Shown: positions 22,688-33,836 of the stretch, piece by piece
How the letters are laid out: each line of letters starts with the position of its first letter
Position numbering within the stretch: position 1 is the first letter of the stretch
Source: Akkermansia muciniphila
GTDB taxonomy: Bacteria; Bacteroidota; Bacteroidia; Bacteroidales; Bacteroidaceae
Assembly (NCBI GenBank): GCA_963621665.1
Contig: CAVFEZ010000005.1
Coordinates: 6,005-70,004, forward strand
Direction: 5' to 3'
DNA length: 64,000 nucleotides
Notes under the pieces: model-generated
Told to the model about the DNA's origin: nothing
The model's database searches: none
The model's input: only the letters and a program-made list of their open reading frames with translations
Program-made: the position numbers and the translations under genes

Positions 22688-22774
22688 TACTACAAAGGCC
22701 TTGTACGAACCGTACAAGGGCCTTGTAGCAACCGTACAAAGGCCTTGTAGCAACCGTACAAGGCCTTTGTAGTA
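22688..22774. repeat. Palindromic 22-bp-period mini-array with 20-bp terminal inverted repeats (MITE/REP-like)
   Basis: Four 15-nt cores (TACAAAGGCCTTGTA and variants) separated by CGAACCG/GCAACCG. Ends TACTACAAAGGCCTTGTACG and CGTACAAGGCCTTTGTAGTA are exact reverse complements. Confidence 0.9.
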
Positions 22775-22831
22775 ATTGGATATCAGTGACAGTGAAAACA
22801 ACCAGACTATAGGTAGAAAATTCCTATAGTA

Positions 22832-23974
22832 TTATCTGCCTGCGTACATATTTTCGTAGTACTTTTGGTAGTCGCCTGAGGTGACATTGTCCATCCAGGC
22901 CTGGTGATCAAGGTACCAGCGTACGGTCTTTTCGATACCTTCCTCAAACTGCAGACTCGGTTCCCAACCCAGTTCGTGCTGCAGTTTGCGCGAGTCGATG
23001 GCATAGCGAAGGTCGTGCCCCATACGGTCGGTGACATGGGTGATGAGTGCCTCGTCTTCGCCCTCTTTCCGTCCGAGCAACCGGTCTACGGTTTTTATGA
23101 GAACGTGTACAATATCGATATTCTTCCACTCGTTGAATCCGCCGATATTATAGGTGTCGGCCGTTTTGCCTTGATGGAAAATCAGGTCGATGGCTCTCGC
23201 ATGGTCCTCCACATACAACCAGTCGCGCACATTGAGTCCCTCGCCATATACAGGCAACGGCTTGCGGTGACGGATATTGTTGATGAACAACGGTATCAGT
23301 TTCTCCGGAAACTGGTACGGGCCGTAGTTGTTGGAGCAGTTGGTCACAATCGTCGGCATGCCATAGGTGTCATGGAAGGCACGCACAAAGTGGTCTGAAC
23401 TGGCCTTCGATGCGGAATAGGGTGAATGGGGATTGTATTTGGTCTCTTCGGTGAAGAATTCCGTACCGTAAGCATGATGGTGTTCGGAAGAGGCCTTGGT
23501 CGTGAAGGGAGACTCCAAGCCCTCGGGATGAGTCAGTTGCAAAGCCCCGTACACCTCGTCGGTCGAGATATGATAGAAGCGTTTGCCTTCATATTTTCCG
23601 GGCAGACTCTCCCAATACTCCTTTGCCACTTGCAAAAGGGTGAGCGTACCCATCACATTGGTATGGGCAAAGGTGAACGGGTCCTTGATAGAACGGTCTA
23701 CATGGCTTTCAGCTGCCAAATGTATGATACCGTCCACATGATAATCCTGCATGAGTTTTTGCATCGCAGGGTAATCACAGATGTCGCCGAGAACGAAGGT
23801 GTAGTTCTCCTTGTCTTTCACATCATCCAGATTGGCCAGGTTGCCGGCATAGGTCAACTTGTCAAGATTGACGATATGGTATTCCGGATACTTGTTGACG
23901 AACAAGCGCACGACGTGCGATCCGATAAATCCGGCGCCGCCGGTGATGACGATGCATCTTTTGTATTTTGCCAT
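22832..23974 (-). CDS. rfbB: dTDP-glucose 4,6-dehydratase
   Basis: TGGAGFIGS, DKLTYAGN, AAESHVDRSI, STDEVYG, YSASKA, GHDLRYAID. Confidence 0.95.
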   Translation of the reverse strand: MAKYKRCIVITGGAGFIGSHVVRLFVNKYPEYHIVNLDKLTYAGNLANLDDVKDKENYTFVLGDICDYPAMQKLMQDYHVDGIIHLAAESHVDRSIKDPFTFAHTNVMGTLTLLQVAKEYWESLPGKYEGKRFYHISTDEVYGALQLTHPEGLESPFTTKASSEHHHAYGTEFFTEETKYNPHSPYSASKASSDHFVRAFHDTYGMPTIVTNCSNNYGPYQFPEKLIPLFINNIRHRKPLPVYGEGLNVRDWLYVEDHARAIDLIFHQGKTADTYNIGGFNEWKNIDIVHVLIKTVDRLLGRKEGEDEALITHVTDRMGHDLRYAIDSRKLQHELGWEPSLQFEEGIEKTVRWYLDHQAWMDNVTSGDYQKYYENMYAGR

Positions 23975-24019
23975 AATATATATGTGTTGGATATATTTTT
24001 TTCGGTGAATGATAGTGTG

Positions 24020-24919
24020 TCAATCTGCCTGACCTTCCAATTGTGCGATACAGGTTTTCAGAGAGTCTGTCCAATAGGGAACCGTCATGCCAAACGTAGA
24101 CTTGATTTTCGTCTTGTCGAGTACCGAAAAATGGGGACGCTCTACCGGACTGGGGAATTCCTCACTGTAACAGGGCTGTATATCGCAGGCATTGCCGCTC
24201 ATCTCACAGATGGTCTTTGCAAAGTCATACCACGAACAAACGCCCTCGTTGGAGAAATGGTAGATGCCCGTCTTGTCGGTCTGCCCGGTCGCGATGATAT
24301 GGGCGATGGCACGGGCCAGATCTCCTGCAAAGGTAGGAGTACCCACTTGGTCGAACACGACTTTGAGCGCATCGCGCGTAGCCGTCAGTTGACGCATGGT
24401 CTTGACGAAATTCTTGCCCCACTGCGAGTACAGCCATGCCGTGCGGATAATGATTGCCTTGCAACCTGCCGCAAGGATGCTCTTCTCACCGGCCAGCTTG
24501 GTCTTTCCGTATACGCCAAGCGGACAGGTATCCCAGTATTCCTTGCAGGGTATGTTGCGGTCGCCACGGAATACATAGTCCGTAGAGATATGTATGAGCG
24601 TACCGTTGACCTCGGCAATGGCCTTGGCCAGATTTCCGGCAGCGGTATTGTTGAGCAGGTCCGCCGTCGGTTCATCCGACTCCGCCTTGTCTACATTCGT
24701 ATAGGCAGCGCAGTTTACAATAAGATCCACGCCATACGCCTTCACCATCTTCCGGACATCGTCCAGACTGGTGATGTCAAGTTTCTCGTATCCGTCAGCC
24801 ACATCCGTAAAGATGAAGCGGTGCTTTCCGGCCATCGCCAACGGACCTTCACTGCATTGTGCCACCAGTTGCATCTCATGACCGAGTTGTCCGTTGGCTC
24901 CTGTTACTAAAATGTTCAT
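24020..24919 (-). CDS. rfbD: dTDP-4-dehydrorhamnose reductase
   Basis: TGANGQLG, NCAAYTNVDKAE, ISTDYVF, YGKTKLAGE, DQVGTPT. Confidence 0.95.
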   Translation of the reverse strand: MNILVTGANGQLGHEMQLVAQCSEGPLAMAGKHRFIFTDVADGYEKLDITSLDDVRKMVKAYGVDLIVNCAAYTNVDKAESDEPTADLLNNTAAGNLAKAIAEVNGTLIHISTDYVFRGDRNIPCKEYWDTCPLGVYGKTKLAGEKSILAAGCKAIIIRTAWLYSQWGKNFVKTMRQLTATRDALKVVFDQVGTPTFAGDLARAIAHIIATGQTDKTGIYHFSNEGVCSWYDFAKTICEMSGNACDIQPCYSEEFPSPVERPHFSVLDKTKIKSTFGMTVPYWTDSLKTCIAQLEGQAD

Positions 24920-24973
24920 CTATTATTTTCGTTTTATGGGCATCGCCCTTGGGCAGGCGTCTGCCGTATGATG

Positions 24974-25085
24974 CAAAATTACGTTTTTTTCGGGAGATAG
25001 ACTTCTACCCGCCGCAGTCAATTTTGTCATTCTCTTATAAAATGTACTAAAAGTTCCGAATTACGCCGACAAATGACTAACTTTG
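24974..25085. promoter_or_regulatory. Divergent promoter pair (rfbD on -, orphan/fhs on +)
   Basis: TAATTTTG on - at 24974-24981; TAACTTTG on + at 25078-25085. Confidence 0.6.
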
Positions 25086-25113
25086 CATTGGCCGAGCCAC
25101 TTTTGACATACTT

Positions 25114-25848
25114 ATGAGACAAACGACTGACAAATACAGACTGATGGGGGCTATGGTGCGCGGATTCTTCGGTGCCTTCGCCACAGGCATTATCGACTGC
25201 CATACGACCGACACCGCCGAGAAGAACGATGCAAGAACCATCAAGCGCCTTATGCTCGAACACTACGAGGAAATATCCAGTGTCTTTCACGACACGCTGT
25301 TCTACCCTATTGCCGCCATGAATTTCAGTTACGACGAGATTGCATCCATCGTAAGTGATGCCGCGGCACAAAAGCAGTCTATGATGGAACTCGTCGAGAA
25401 AGCCTGCGCCTCAGCCTCCCTTTACCAAGCCATGATAGCGGAATACCGCAAAAACTTCTCGGGACTGCTTGGCGGAAGATTTGTCCCCATAGCCGAGCAC
25501 CTTTCCAACTGCACATGCGGCACGTCGCCGCAACAAGATCCGGTCGACACGAGCCTGGCCATACGACTCGTGGTGCGCACGGTGATGACCGCCTACGCCA
25601 AGGGTATAGAACGCGGCGCTACAGGACAGCGACCATTCCGCCAGGCATCACTGCTCCACCTCATGCTCGACGCCATGAATGCGCTGATGGGCGACACGCC
25701 GGTACAGTTGGGTGATGACGACAATATCGGCGAAATGTTTCTCAAGGTGTGCAAGACTGAGGACAACGTCAAGACGCTGGCAGCAGAGATGGACAACACC
25801 TATGAAGAACTGGCACAGACCGACAGACAAGACATCCCAACGGCATAA
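25114..25848 (+). CDS. Hypothetical helical protein with internal duplication
   Basis: 244-aa ORF filling the gap between a promoter and fhs; host-like codon usage; no recognised family. Confidence 0.75.
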   Translation: MRQTTDKYRLMGAMVRGFFGAFATGIIDCHTTDTAEKNDARTIKRLMLEHYEEISSVFHDTLFYPIAAMNFSYDEIASIVSDAAAQKQSMMELVEKACASASLYQAMIAEYRKNFSGLLGGRFVPIAEHLSNCTCGTSPQQDPVDTSLAIRLVVRTVMTAYAKGIERGATGQRPFRQASLLHLMLDAMNALMGDTPVQLGDDDNIGEMFLKVCKTEDNVKTLAAEMDNTYEELAQTDRQDIPTA

Positions 25849-25889
25849 TGCCCCGCACGTATATCTTCGAAAATATCTTATTACAATAT

Positions 25890-27557
25890 ATGAAATCAGA
25901 CATAGAAATCGCACGCAGCATAAAACTTGCTGAAATCCAAGAAGTAGCCGACAAGTTTGGCATTCCCTCAAAGGAAATCGAAAACTACGGCCACTACATC
26001 GCCAAAGTACCCGTACGCCTCATCGACGAGGAGAAGGTGAAGAAGAGCAACCTCATATTGGTGACTGCCATCACACCGACCAAGGCCGGTATCGGAAAGA
26101 CCACGGTATCCATCGGTTTGGCCCTCGGACTCAACCGTATCGGAAAGAAAGCCATCTGTGCGCTCCGCGAGCCCTCACTCGGTCCGTGCTTCGGCATGAA
26201 AGGCGGAGCGGCCGGCGGCGGCTACACCCAAGTGCTGCCGATGGAGAAGATCAATCTGCACTTCACCGGCGATTTCCATGCCATCACCTCTGCCCACAAC
26301 ATGATCACGGCACTTCTCGACAACTACATGTACCAAAACAAGGACAAGGGATTTGCCTTGAAGGAAGTATTGTGGAACCGTGTACTCGATGTCAACGACC
26401 GCGGCCTGCGCGACATCGTGACCGGTATGGGCGGCAAAGCCAACGGCATCGTGCGTGAATCGGGATTCGACATCACGCCGGCCTCCGAAATCATGGCCAT
26501 TCTGTGTCTTGCCACTGACGAGGACGACCTGCGCCGCCGTATAGAGAACATACTGCTTGGTTTTACCATAGAAGGAAAACCTTTCACTGTCAAGGATCTC
26601 GGTGTTGCCGGCGCTATCACTGTCCTGCTGCGCGACGCACTTTCACCCAACCTTGTGCAGACCACCGAGCACACGGCCGCATTCGTACACGGCGGACCGT
26701 TTGCCAATATCGCACACGGCTGCAACTCCATCCTGGCCACCAAGATGGCCATGACCTTCGGCGACTACGTCATCACAGAGGCAGGCTTCGGTGCCGACCT
26801 CGGCGCAGAGAAATTCTACGACGTGAAGTGCCGCAAGAGCGGACTGCAGCCCAAACTCACCGTCCTCGTCGCCACTGCACAGGCACTGAAGATGCACGGC
26901 GGCGTCGAAGTAGACAAGATCAAGGAGCCCAACGAGGAAGGACTGACCAAAGGACTTGCCAATCTCGACAAGCACATCCACAACCTTCAGAGTTACGGAC
27001 AGACCGTCGTAGTGGCCTTCAACAGATTTGCCGAAGACACCGATGCCGAGATAGCACTCGTCGAGGCCCACTGCCAGTCACTCGGCGTAGGGTTTGCCGT
27101 CAACAGTGCTTACGCCAAAGGTAGCGAGGGTGCAGAAGACTTGGCACGCCTCGTCGCAGAGACCATCGAGAAGCATCCTTCCGGCCCTGTACAATACGCC
27201 TACGAGGACACCGACAATGTCGTGGAGAAGGTAGAGAAAGTGGCCAAGAACATCTACGGCGCAGCCAAAGTCACCTTCACTGCAGTAGCCAAAAAGAAAC
27301 TGCAGATGATCGCCGACCTTGGCATCAGCCACTTCCCCATCTGCATCGCCAAGACACAGTATTCCTTCTCGACAGATGCAAAACTCTATGGTGTAGTATC
27401 GGGATTTGAAGTCAACGTACGCGACATCGTCCTGAATACCGGTGCCGAGATGATTGTCATCATTGCCGGAAACATCATGCGCATGCCCGGATTGCCCAAA
27501 GATCCGCAAGCCAACCACATAGACATCATCGACGGAGAAATAGAAGGTCTGTCATAA
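25890..27557 (+). CDS. fhs: Formate--tetrahydrofolate ligase
   Basis: [54 protein letters not shown]. Confidence 0.97.
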   Translation: MKSDIEIARSIKLAEIQEVADKFGIPSKEIENYGHYIAKVPVRLIDEEKVKKSNLILVTAITPTKAGIGKTTVSIGLALGLNRIGKKAICALREPSLGPCFGMKGGAAGGGYTQVLPMEKINLHFTGDFHAITSAHNMITALLDNYMYQNKDKGFALKEVLWNRVLDVNDRGLRDIVTGMGGKANGIVRESGFDITPASEIMAILCLATDEDDLRRRIENILLGFTIEGKPFTVKDLGVAGAITVLLRDALSPNLVQTTEHTAAFVHGGPFANIAHGCNSILATKMAMTFGDYVITEAGFGADLGAEKFYDVKCRKSGLQPKLTVLVATAQALKMHGGVEVDKIKEPNEEGLTKGLANLDKHIHNLQSYGQTVVVAFNRFAEDTDAEIALVEAHCQSLGVGFAVNSAYAKGSEGAEDLARLVAETIEKHPSGPVQYAYEDTDNVVEKVEKVAKNIYGAAKVTFTAVAKKKLQMIADLGISHFPICIAKTQYSFSTDAKLYGVVSGFEVNVRDIVLNTGAEMIVIIAGNIMRMPGLPKDPQANHIDIIDGEIEGLS

Positions 27558-27590
27558 CTTGCAGACCGCCTCCTGCGACTATCGCATACC

Positions 27591-27635
27591 GACGGAAAGG
27601 GTTGCGCCATACAACGGCGCAACCCTTTTTTCGTC
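27591..27635 (+). terminator. Intrinsic terminator after fhs
   Basis: AAAGGGTTGCGCC/GGCGCAACCCTTT stem plus T run. Confidence 0.85.
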
Positions 27636-27789
27636 TACAGGAGTCATCACAACATGCCATACGGAAGCACAGGCAAAGCAGACTACAAGCATCTGACCTT
27701 ATGCACACAGAATGCGACAAAACAAAGCAAGTTGTCATATCTATATCCATTTTATAAGATTTATGTTTTGTTATGTAAATTAAAAACAA

Positions 27790-27797
27790 TAACTTTG
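27790..27797 (+). promoter_or_regulatory. -7 promoter element for the SusC operon
   Basis: TAACTTTG in an AT-rich tract, with TTTG about 20 nt upstream. Confidence 0.65.
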
Positions 27798-27901
27798 CAA
27801 AAGTTTTCTTAGGGTTTTCAGGAACATGGCTATAGGAGATAGCCAACAAAAGGAATAGAGAAAGCGCACCCCGCATAGAGAGAGACAGATAAAGACAGTA
27901 T

Positions 27902-30900
27902 ATGAGAATTAAGGTTTTGACAGTCTCCTTGCTGCTCGCAGCATCGGGACAAATGATGGCACAGCAACCTGCGACAGTAGGCGGACAGGTTCTCGACGAG
28001 AGCGGCGAACCGGTGATGGGTGCCCAAATCACGGTAAAAGGCACAAAGACCGGCACCGTGACCGACATGAACGGCAAATTCAGTTTGCCAAGTACGACAA
28101 AGGGCCAGATGATCGTCATCAACTACCTCGGCATGGAATCGCAGACCGTGAAAGCCCAGCCCGGCATGAAGGTAAGCCTCCGCACCAAAGACAGCCTGCT
28201 CGACGAGGTCATCGTTGTAGCGTACGGCGAGCAGAAGAAATCCTCGTTTACAGGTTCCGCCGGCATCGTAGACAGCAAAGCCATCGAAAAGCGGCAGGTA
28301 AACAACGTGATGGACGCTCTTCAGGGCAATGTGGCCGGCTTGCAGTCGTTCTCGTCCTCCGGTTCTCCCGATGCCAATCCCGAATTCCGTATCCGCGGTA
28401 TCAGTTCGCTCAATGCCGGCAACGACCCGCTCATCGTGCTCGACGGCGTACCCTACGACGGTCTGTGGAACAGCATCAATCCGAATGATGTAGCCAGCAT
28501 CACCGTGCTCAAAGATGCTGCGAGCAACGCGCTCTACGGCGCACGCGGTGCCAATGGCGTCATCATCATTACCACCAAGAAAGGCAGTCAGGGCAAGGCC
28601 AACATCACCTTCGATGCCAAACTGGGCTGGAGCAGCCGCAGTTCCAAGCGCTATGAGACCATCGACAACCCTGCCGAATATCTTGAGACCTACTACAAGG
28701 CCCACTACAACTACAACATTGCCAACGGCCAAAGTCCCTATACGGCACATGTCAATGCCAACAACACGCTCTACAAGTCGTCCGGCGACGGCGGTCTGAC
28801 CTACATCCCCTACTCCGTACCCGAAGGACAATACCTCATCGGCGACAACGGCAAACTCAATCCCAATGCCACACTCGGCAACCGCATCTACAACAACGGG
28901 CAGGTATACACCATCTACCCCGACGACTGGATTGACGAGTCCTACCGCACCGCACTCAGACAGGAATACAACCTGAGCATCAACGGAGGTGGCCAGCAGG
29001 GACAGTTTTATGCTTCACTGGGCTATCTCAACAATGACGGTATCGTGATCGGCTCCGACTACGAACGCTATACCGCCCGCATGAAGGCCAACTACCAAGC
29101 CACGAAATGGCTCAACGTAGGCGGCAACATCAACTTCGCCCACACCAACACCAACAATGCCGACGAGGACGACACCAGCGGTACAAGCATCTTCTACCAG
29201 GCAAGCCTTATGGGCCCCGTCTACCCCGTCTACCTGCGCGACGGTGACGGCAACATCCTCACCAACGAGTACGGCAAGATCGGCGACTACGGCGACGGCA
29301 TGTATTTGGGCTCCTCCTACATCCGCCCCTACCAAAAACAGGTAAACGGCATCACCGACGCCGGTCTCAACACCCACAATACCGTATCAAACACGTTCAC
29401 GCTCAACGGCTTTGCCGACATCGACATTATTGACGGCCTGAAAGCCACCCTCAACGGAAGCGTCTACAGCAGCAGCAACCGCATGACCCAGACGGTCAAT
29501 CCGTTCTACGGCTACGGTTATATGAGTTATCCCTCGGGTTACGTCTACAAATACAACTACAATTACTACTCGGTCAACTTCCAGGAACTGCTGAAGTACG
29601 CCAAGAGTTTCGGCAAGCACAACATCTCCTTGCTTGCCGGCCACGAAAACTACTCACACACCTACGACTACATGACGGGCGACCGCAAGAACATGTTTTC
29701 CTACTTCGGAAACCAGGAACTCAACGGTGCCACCACCTACATCAGCAACGGATCGTACAAGAGCCAGTACCAGACCGAGGGATGGATATTCCGCGGCCTC
29801 TACGACTATGACGGCAAATACTTCGGACAGGTATCCTACCGACGTGATGCATCCTCGCGTTTCCACCCCGACCACCGTTGGGGAAATTTCTACTCGTTGG
29901 GCGGCGCATGGATTCTGACCAAGGAAAACTGGATGCACGACATCTCCTGGCTCAACCTTCTCAAACTGAAGGCCTCCTTCGGACAGAACGGAAACGACAA
30001 CATCAGCGACTTTCTCTACACCGACACGTACACCATACAAAAGGGCGACGGCAGCGAGATCGGTCTGATACTGAGCAACGTGGGCAACGAGAAGATCACA
30101 TGGGAGACGGTGAGCAACTTCAATGCCGGGTTTGAGTTCGAACTGTTCGGCAGCCGTTTGCGCGGCGGCATCGACTACTTCTACCGCAAGACCACCGACA
30201 TGCTCTGCACCGTACGCGTACCGCTCTCGCAAGGCTACGCCGGCTATTCGAGCAACGTGGGCGACATGGTAAACAAGGGTGTGGAAATCGAACTCGAAGG
30301 CGACGCCATTTCGACCAAGGACATCAAGTGGACCATCGGAGCCAACCTCACCGCCTACAAGAACAAGATCACCCGCCTCAACGAAGACAACCGCTACAAC
30401 ACGCTCGACGGCGGACATCCCGGATACACCAGCGGTTCCTACTACTACGGCGAGGGACTGCCCATGTACACCTGGCGACTGATAAAGTATGCAGGTGTGG
30501 CCGATGACGGACAATCCCTGTGGTACATCCACGACGCCGACGGCAACCTCACCACGACCAAGAATCCGACAGACATCACCAAGGACGAGGACTACTTCAA
30601 CTGCGGCACTGCCCTGCCCGACTTCTACGGCGGATTCAACACGACCCTGTCTGCCTACGGGTTTGACTTCAACATCGCCTTCGCCTACTCCGTCGGCGGC
30701 AAGGCCATGGACTGGACCTACATGGACCTCATGACCAATCCGACCGCCGGCGCTACCGGAAAGGCCCTGCACAAAGACCTGCTCAATGCATGGAGCACAA
30801 GCAATCCCGGATCTAACATTCCGCGCCTGCAGTACGACGACACCTATTCGGCTGCCACCTCAGACCGGTTCCTGACCGACGCCAGCTGGCTGGCCCTGCA

Positions 30901-31108
30901 AAATGTGTCCTTGGGCTACACCTTCCCCAAAAACTGGATCTCACACATCGGACTGTCAAGCATACGGCTCTATGTGTCGGGCGAGAACCTCACCTACTGG
31001 AGCAAGCGCAAGGGCTTCGACCCGCGCATCAGTTATGCAGGTTCGGTGAGCAACATCAGTTATGCCCCGGCCCGCACTGTCACCGCAGGACTTACCGTAC
31101 AATTCTAA
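27902..31108 (+). CDS. SusC/RagA TonB-dependent transporter
   Basis: TonB box LDEVIVVAYG, plug LKDAASNALYGARGANGVIIITTK, barrel motifs, terminal Phe. Confidence 0.96.
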   Translation: MRIKVLTVSLLLAASGQMMAQQPATVGGQVLDESGEPVMGAQITVKGTKTGTVTDMNGKFSLPSTTKGQMIVINYLGMESQTVKAQPGMKVSLRTKDSLLDEVIVVAYGEQKKSSFTGSAGIVDSKAIEKRQVNNVMDALQGNVAGLQSFSSSGSPDANPEFRIRGISSLNAGNDPLIVLDGVPYDGLWNSINPNDVASITVLKDAASNALYGARGANGVIIITTKKGSQGKANITFDAKLGWSSRSSKRYETIDNPAEYLETYYKAHYNYNIANGQSPYTAHVNANNTLYKSSGDGGLTYIPYSVPEGQYLIGDNGKLNPNATLGNRIYNNGQVYTIYPDDWIDESYRTALRQEYNLSINGGGQQGQFYASLGYLNNDGIVIGSDYERYTARMKANYQATKWLNVGGNINFAHTNTNNADEDDTSGTSIFYQASLMGPVYPVYLRDGDGNILTNEYGKIGDYGDGMYLGSSYIRPYQKQVNGITDAGLNTHNTVSNTFTLNGFADIDIIDGLKATLNGSVYSSSNRMTQTVNPFYGYGYMSYPSGYVYKYNYNYYSVNFQELLKYAKSFGKHNISLLAGHENYSHTYDYMTGDRKNMFSYFGNQELNGATTYISNGSYKSQYQTEGWIFRGLYDYDGKYFGQVSYRRDASSRFHPDHRWGNFYSLGGAWILTKENWMHDISWLNLLKLKASFGQNGNDNISDFLYTDTYTIQKGDGSEIGLILSNVGNEKITWETVSNFNAGFEFELFGSRLRGGIDYFYRKTTDMLCTVRVPLSQGYAGYSSNVGDMVNKGVEIELEGDAISTKDIKWTIGANLTAYKNKITRLNEDNRYNTLDGGHPGYTSGSYYYGEGLPMYTWRLIKYAGVADDGQSLWYIHDADGNLTTTKNPTDITKDEDYFNCGTALPDFYGGFNTTLSAYGFDFNIAFAYSVGGKAMDWTYMDLMTNPTAGATGKALHKDLLNAWSTSNPGSNIPRLQYDDTYSAATSDRFLTDASWLALQNVSLGYTFPKNWISHIGLSSIRLYVSGENLTYWSKRKGFDPRISYAGSVSNISYAPARTVTAGLTVQF

Positions 31109-31123
31109 ACAGCGAATACGATT

Positions 31124-32908
31124 ATGAAAACATTGCTCAAAAAGACATATCTTCTTCCTGTAGCAGCGCTCGCACTCACGCTGGGCAGCTGCATGGACGA
31201 TCTGGAGCCGCAAAGTTCCATTGCCTCCACCAGTCAGATCAGTCAGGACAGCGAAGCGTTCAGCAAACTGCTCACCGGCCTGAAGGCCAAAATGACACAG
31301 ACCGACACCTACGGCGGTACCAGTAGCGACTATGTAGGAACCTGGACTGAGGCCGTGGCCGACTGGGGATACCCCAACTACATGTTCATGCGCGACGTCT
31401 GCCTCGACGGCATGCCGACCACCGGAACCGACTTCAACTACCAGTATACCACCGAAGCCTGCACCAATCTGGCGACATACGGCGGCTATCCGTACTACTA
31501 TTACTACAGTTTCATCAACAACTGCAACCGCATCCTGGCCGCACGTCAGGAGGCAACTTCACCCACGAGCATCTGCCAGCAGCTGGCCATCGCCCGCACC
31601 TACAGGGCGCTGAGTTATCTGCACCTCTGCATGATGTACGAATTCTACAAGACCGGCATCGATGAGCTCGACCAGAAGGCCAAGGCCAATGGTGTGATGG
31701 GACTGACCGTTCCGCTTGTCACGGAGAAGACCACCAACGACGAGGCCAAGAACAATCCACGCGCACCCTTCTACACCATGTACCGCTTCATCTACAACGA
31801 CCTCGCCACGGCCGAGACCAACATCAGCGACTACGACCGCAGTGACAAGAACGACATCAACATCGATGTAGTAAACGTGCTGATGGCCCGCTTCTGGATG
31901 ATACTCGGTTCGCGGTTCAGTCTCCACGCCGACGACCTCGCCACCCAACTGAGCCACGAGTCTGATGCCGACGGCTACAAGCCACTTGGCATCTCCTCCG
32001 CCGACGACTGTTTCCGCAAGGCGTCTGCCTATGCCGACAAAGTGATGGCCGCCGGCTACTCCCCCACCACGCAGAGCCAGTGGCAGGATGTAAAGACGGG
32101 TTTCAACACGGCCAACCAAGCCTGGATATGGGACATCAAGTACAGTTCCACCGAGAATACGCCCCGCTACTGGATGACCCTCACCGGCAATTACGCCGTA
32201 GAGCCGACATGGGCATTCCCGGCGTATACCAAGGAATACCGGTGCATCAGCAGTGCCCTCTTCGACAAGATGGGCGACGACGACTTCCGCAAGACCTCAT
32301 GGGTGGCACCCGAAGATGCTGGGGCGCACACCGTCCCTGCCAAGTACAGCACCCAACTCAAGGACTCCACCGCCACCACGGCAGCCAACAATACAAGCTG
32401 GCACCGTCTGCCGGCCTACGCCTCCCTGAAGTTCCGCGCGGCCGGCGGCAACATGGACGCCGAAGAGGAAGGACTACTCGTACAGTTCCCGCTGATGCGC
32501 GTCGAGGAGATGTACTTCATCAAGGCTGAAGCAGCCCTCCACACTCAAGGGATTGCCGCCGCCAAGCAGATGCTCGAAGACTTCATCAACTCCTATCGCT
32601 ACACCAAGAGCACCTACAAGTGCAAGGCCGCAAGCGCAGACGAATTCATCGCCGAACTGATGGCGCAGAAATACATAGAGTTTTGGGGCGAGGACATCAT
32701 GTTCAACGACTACAAGCGGCTGGGCCTCAAGATCGACCGCACCTACGAGGGAAGCAACTACCTGTCCTCCTACAAGTACTCTTCGATGGGCGGAGGATAC
32801 GTCGCCCCGTGGCTCAACTTCTACATACCCGAAGCAGAACGCAGTTTCAACCAAGGCATTGCCATGAACCCCGATGCCACATCTTATGCGAAACAGTACT
32901 GTAAATAA
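31124..32908 (+). CDS. SusD/RagB lipoprotein
   Basis: Lipobox LGSC; LMRVEEMYFIKAEA and KYIEFWGE..FNDYKR SusD motifs; directly follows SusC. Confidence 0.93.
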   Translation: MKTLLKKTYLLPVAALALTLGSCMDDLEPQSSIASTSQISQDSEAFSKLLTGLKAKMTQTDTYGGTSSDYVGTWTEAVADWGYPNYMFMRDVCLDGMPTTGTDFNYQYTTEACTNLATYGGYPYYYYYSFINNCNRILAARQEATSPTSICQQLAIARTYRALSYLHLCMMYEFYKTGIDELDQKAKANGVMGLTVPLVTEKTTNDEAKNNPRAPFYTMYRFIYNDLATAETNISDYDRSDKNDINIDVVNVLMARFWMILGSRFSLHADDLATQLSHESDADGYKPLGISSADDCFRKASAYADKVMAAGYSPTTQSQWQDVKTGFNTANQAWIWDIKYSSTENTPRYWMTLTGNYAVEPTWAFPAYTKEYRCISSALFDKMGDDDFRKTSWVAPEDAGAHTVPAKYSTQLKDSTATTAANNTSWHRLPAYASLKFRAAGGNMDAEEEGLLVQFPLMRVEEMYFIKAEAALHTQGIAAAKQMLEDFINSYRYTKSTYKCKAASADEFIAELMAQKYIEFWGEDIMFNDYKRLGLKIDRTYEGSNYLSSYKYSSMGGGYVAPWLNFYIPEAERSFNQGIAMNPDATSYAKQYCK

Positions 32909-32920
32909 CACCAAACGACT

Positions 32921-33829
32921 ATGAAAAAGACCATAGAATATCTGTCCGTCCTCTTTTCAGCCATGCTCTGCCTGGCATCATGCACCGACAGTGCCGACAT
33001 GGACTACACCCCCGGACAACCTACAGCCGACGGCTGCATGAAAGTATACTTCGACAGCAGCAACCCCGAGGACTTCATCAACGAACCGGGCACCGTGACA
33101 AGCATTGACATAAAAGTGTCGCGCGTAGACACCGCCCAAGCCGCCGAGATACCGGTGACCTGCAAGAGTGCCGATGAGGGGCTGACCATCCCATCCTCCG
33201 TCAAGTTCGGTGCCGGACAAAAGACCGCCACGCTCACCGTCACCTTCGGCGCACTCGAAGCATCGAAGAAGTACAACTTCTCACTGGCGATTCCCGAAGA
33301 GTATGTAGACCACTACTCCAAGCTCGACGGCGCGTCGGCCTACAGTTCCTATGTGATGGATGCCGCATGGGCTGACTACATACCCGACGACACCATATAC
33401 GTCACCTCGTCGGGCAGCACCTACGAGTGGATTGTACCCCTGCAGCGTCTGGGCCAGACCGACCGCTACCGCGTACAGGACTTCCTCGGATCGGGACTCG
33501 CCTTCACCTTCACCATCGGCGATGCCGCCACGGTGTCGGGCTACAACAAGATAGAGCCGACCGGCAACTACTACAACTTTGTCGATACCGACTACGGTGT
33601 CACCGGATTCTACCTTTGGGATACGGCCGGCGACAAGATGGCGGAGTTTGCCCTTGGCAGCAAGACCGTCACCGAGATGGCCTTCATGAGACAGTACGGC
33701 ACCACCGACTACAGTTATATCTCATTCAAGAAAGGATTTGCCCAGATCGGCACCTACTACACCACCTACGCCGACGGCACCTACGAGTATTACAACTATG
33801 TGTACATGTATTTCAAACCGCAAAAGTAA
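32921..33829 (+). CDS. Surface lipoprotein (Ig-like N-terminal domain)
   Basis: Lipobox LASC followed by acidic TDSAD; beta-rich and Tyr-rich. Confidence 0.8.
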   Translation: MKKTIEYLSVLFSAMLCLASCTDSADMDYTPGQPTADGCMKVYFDSSNPEDFINEPGTVTSIDIKVSRVDTAQAAEIPVTCKSADEGLTIPSSVKFGAGQKTATLTVTFGALEASKKYNFSLAIPEEYVDHYSKLDGASAYSSYVMDAAWADYIPDDTIYVTSSGSTYEWIVPLQRLGQTDRYRVQDFLGSGLAFTFTIGDAATVSGYNKIEPTGNYYNFVDTDYGVTGFYLWDTAGDKMAEFALGSKTVTEMAFMRQYGTTDYSYISFKKGFAQIGTYYTTYADGTYEYYNYVYMYFKPQK

Positions 33830-33836
33830 GACCGCT

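Noticed and set aside
22688..22774. CRISPR array interpretation of the 22-bp repeat
   Set aside because: Linkers are only 7 nt and nearly identical, not unique spacers; no cas genes present.
23426..24910. 494-aa + strand ORF
   Set aside because: Antisense to rfbB/rfbD, which carry clear motifs.
27636..27901. Invertible promoter or riboswitch upstream of susC
   Set aside because: No flanking inverted repeats or recombinase; only a short TGGCTAT/ATAGCCA hairpin and no recognisable aptamer.
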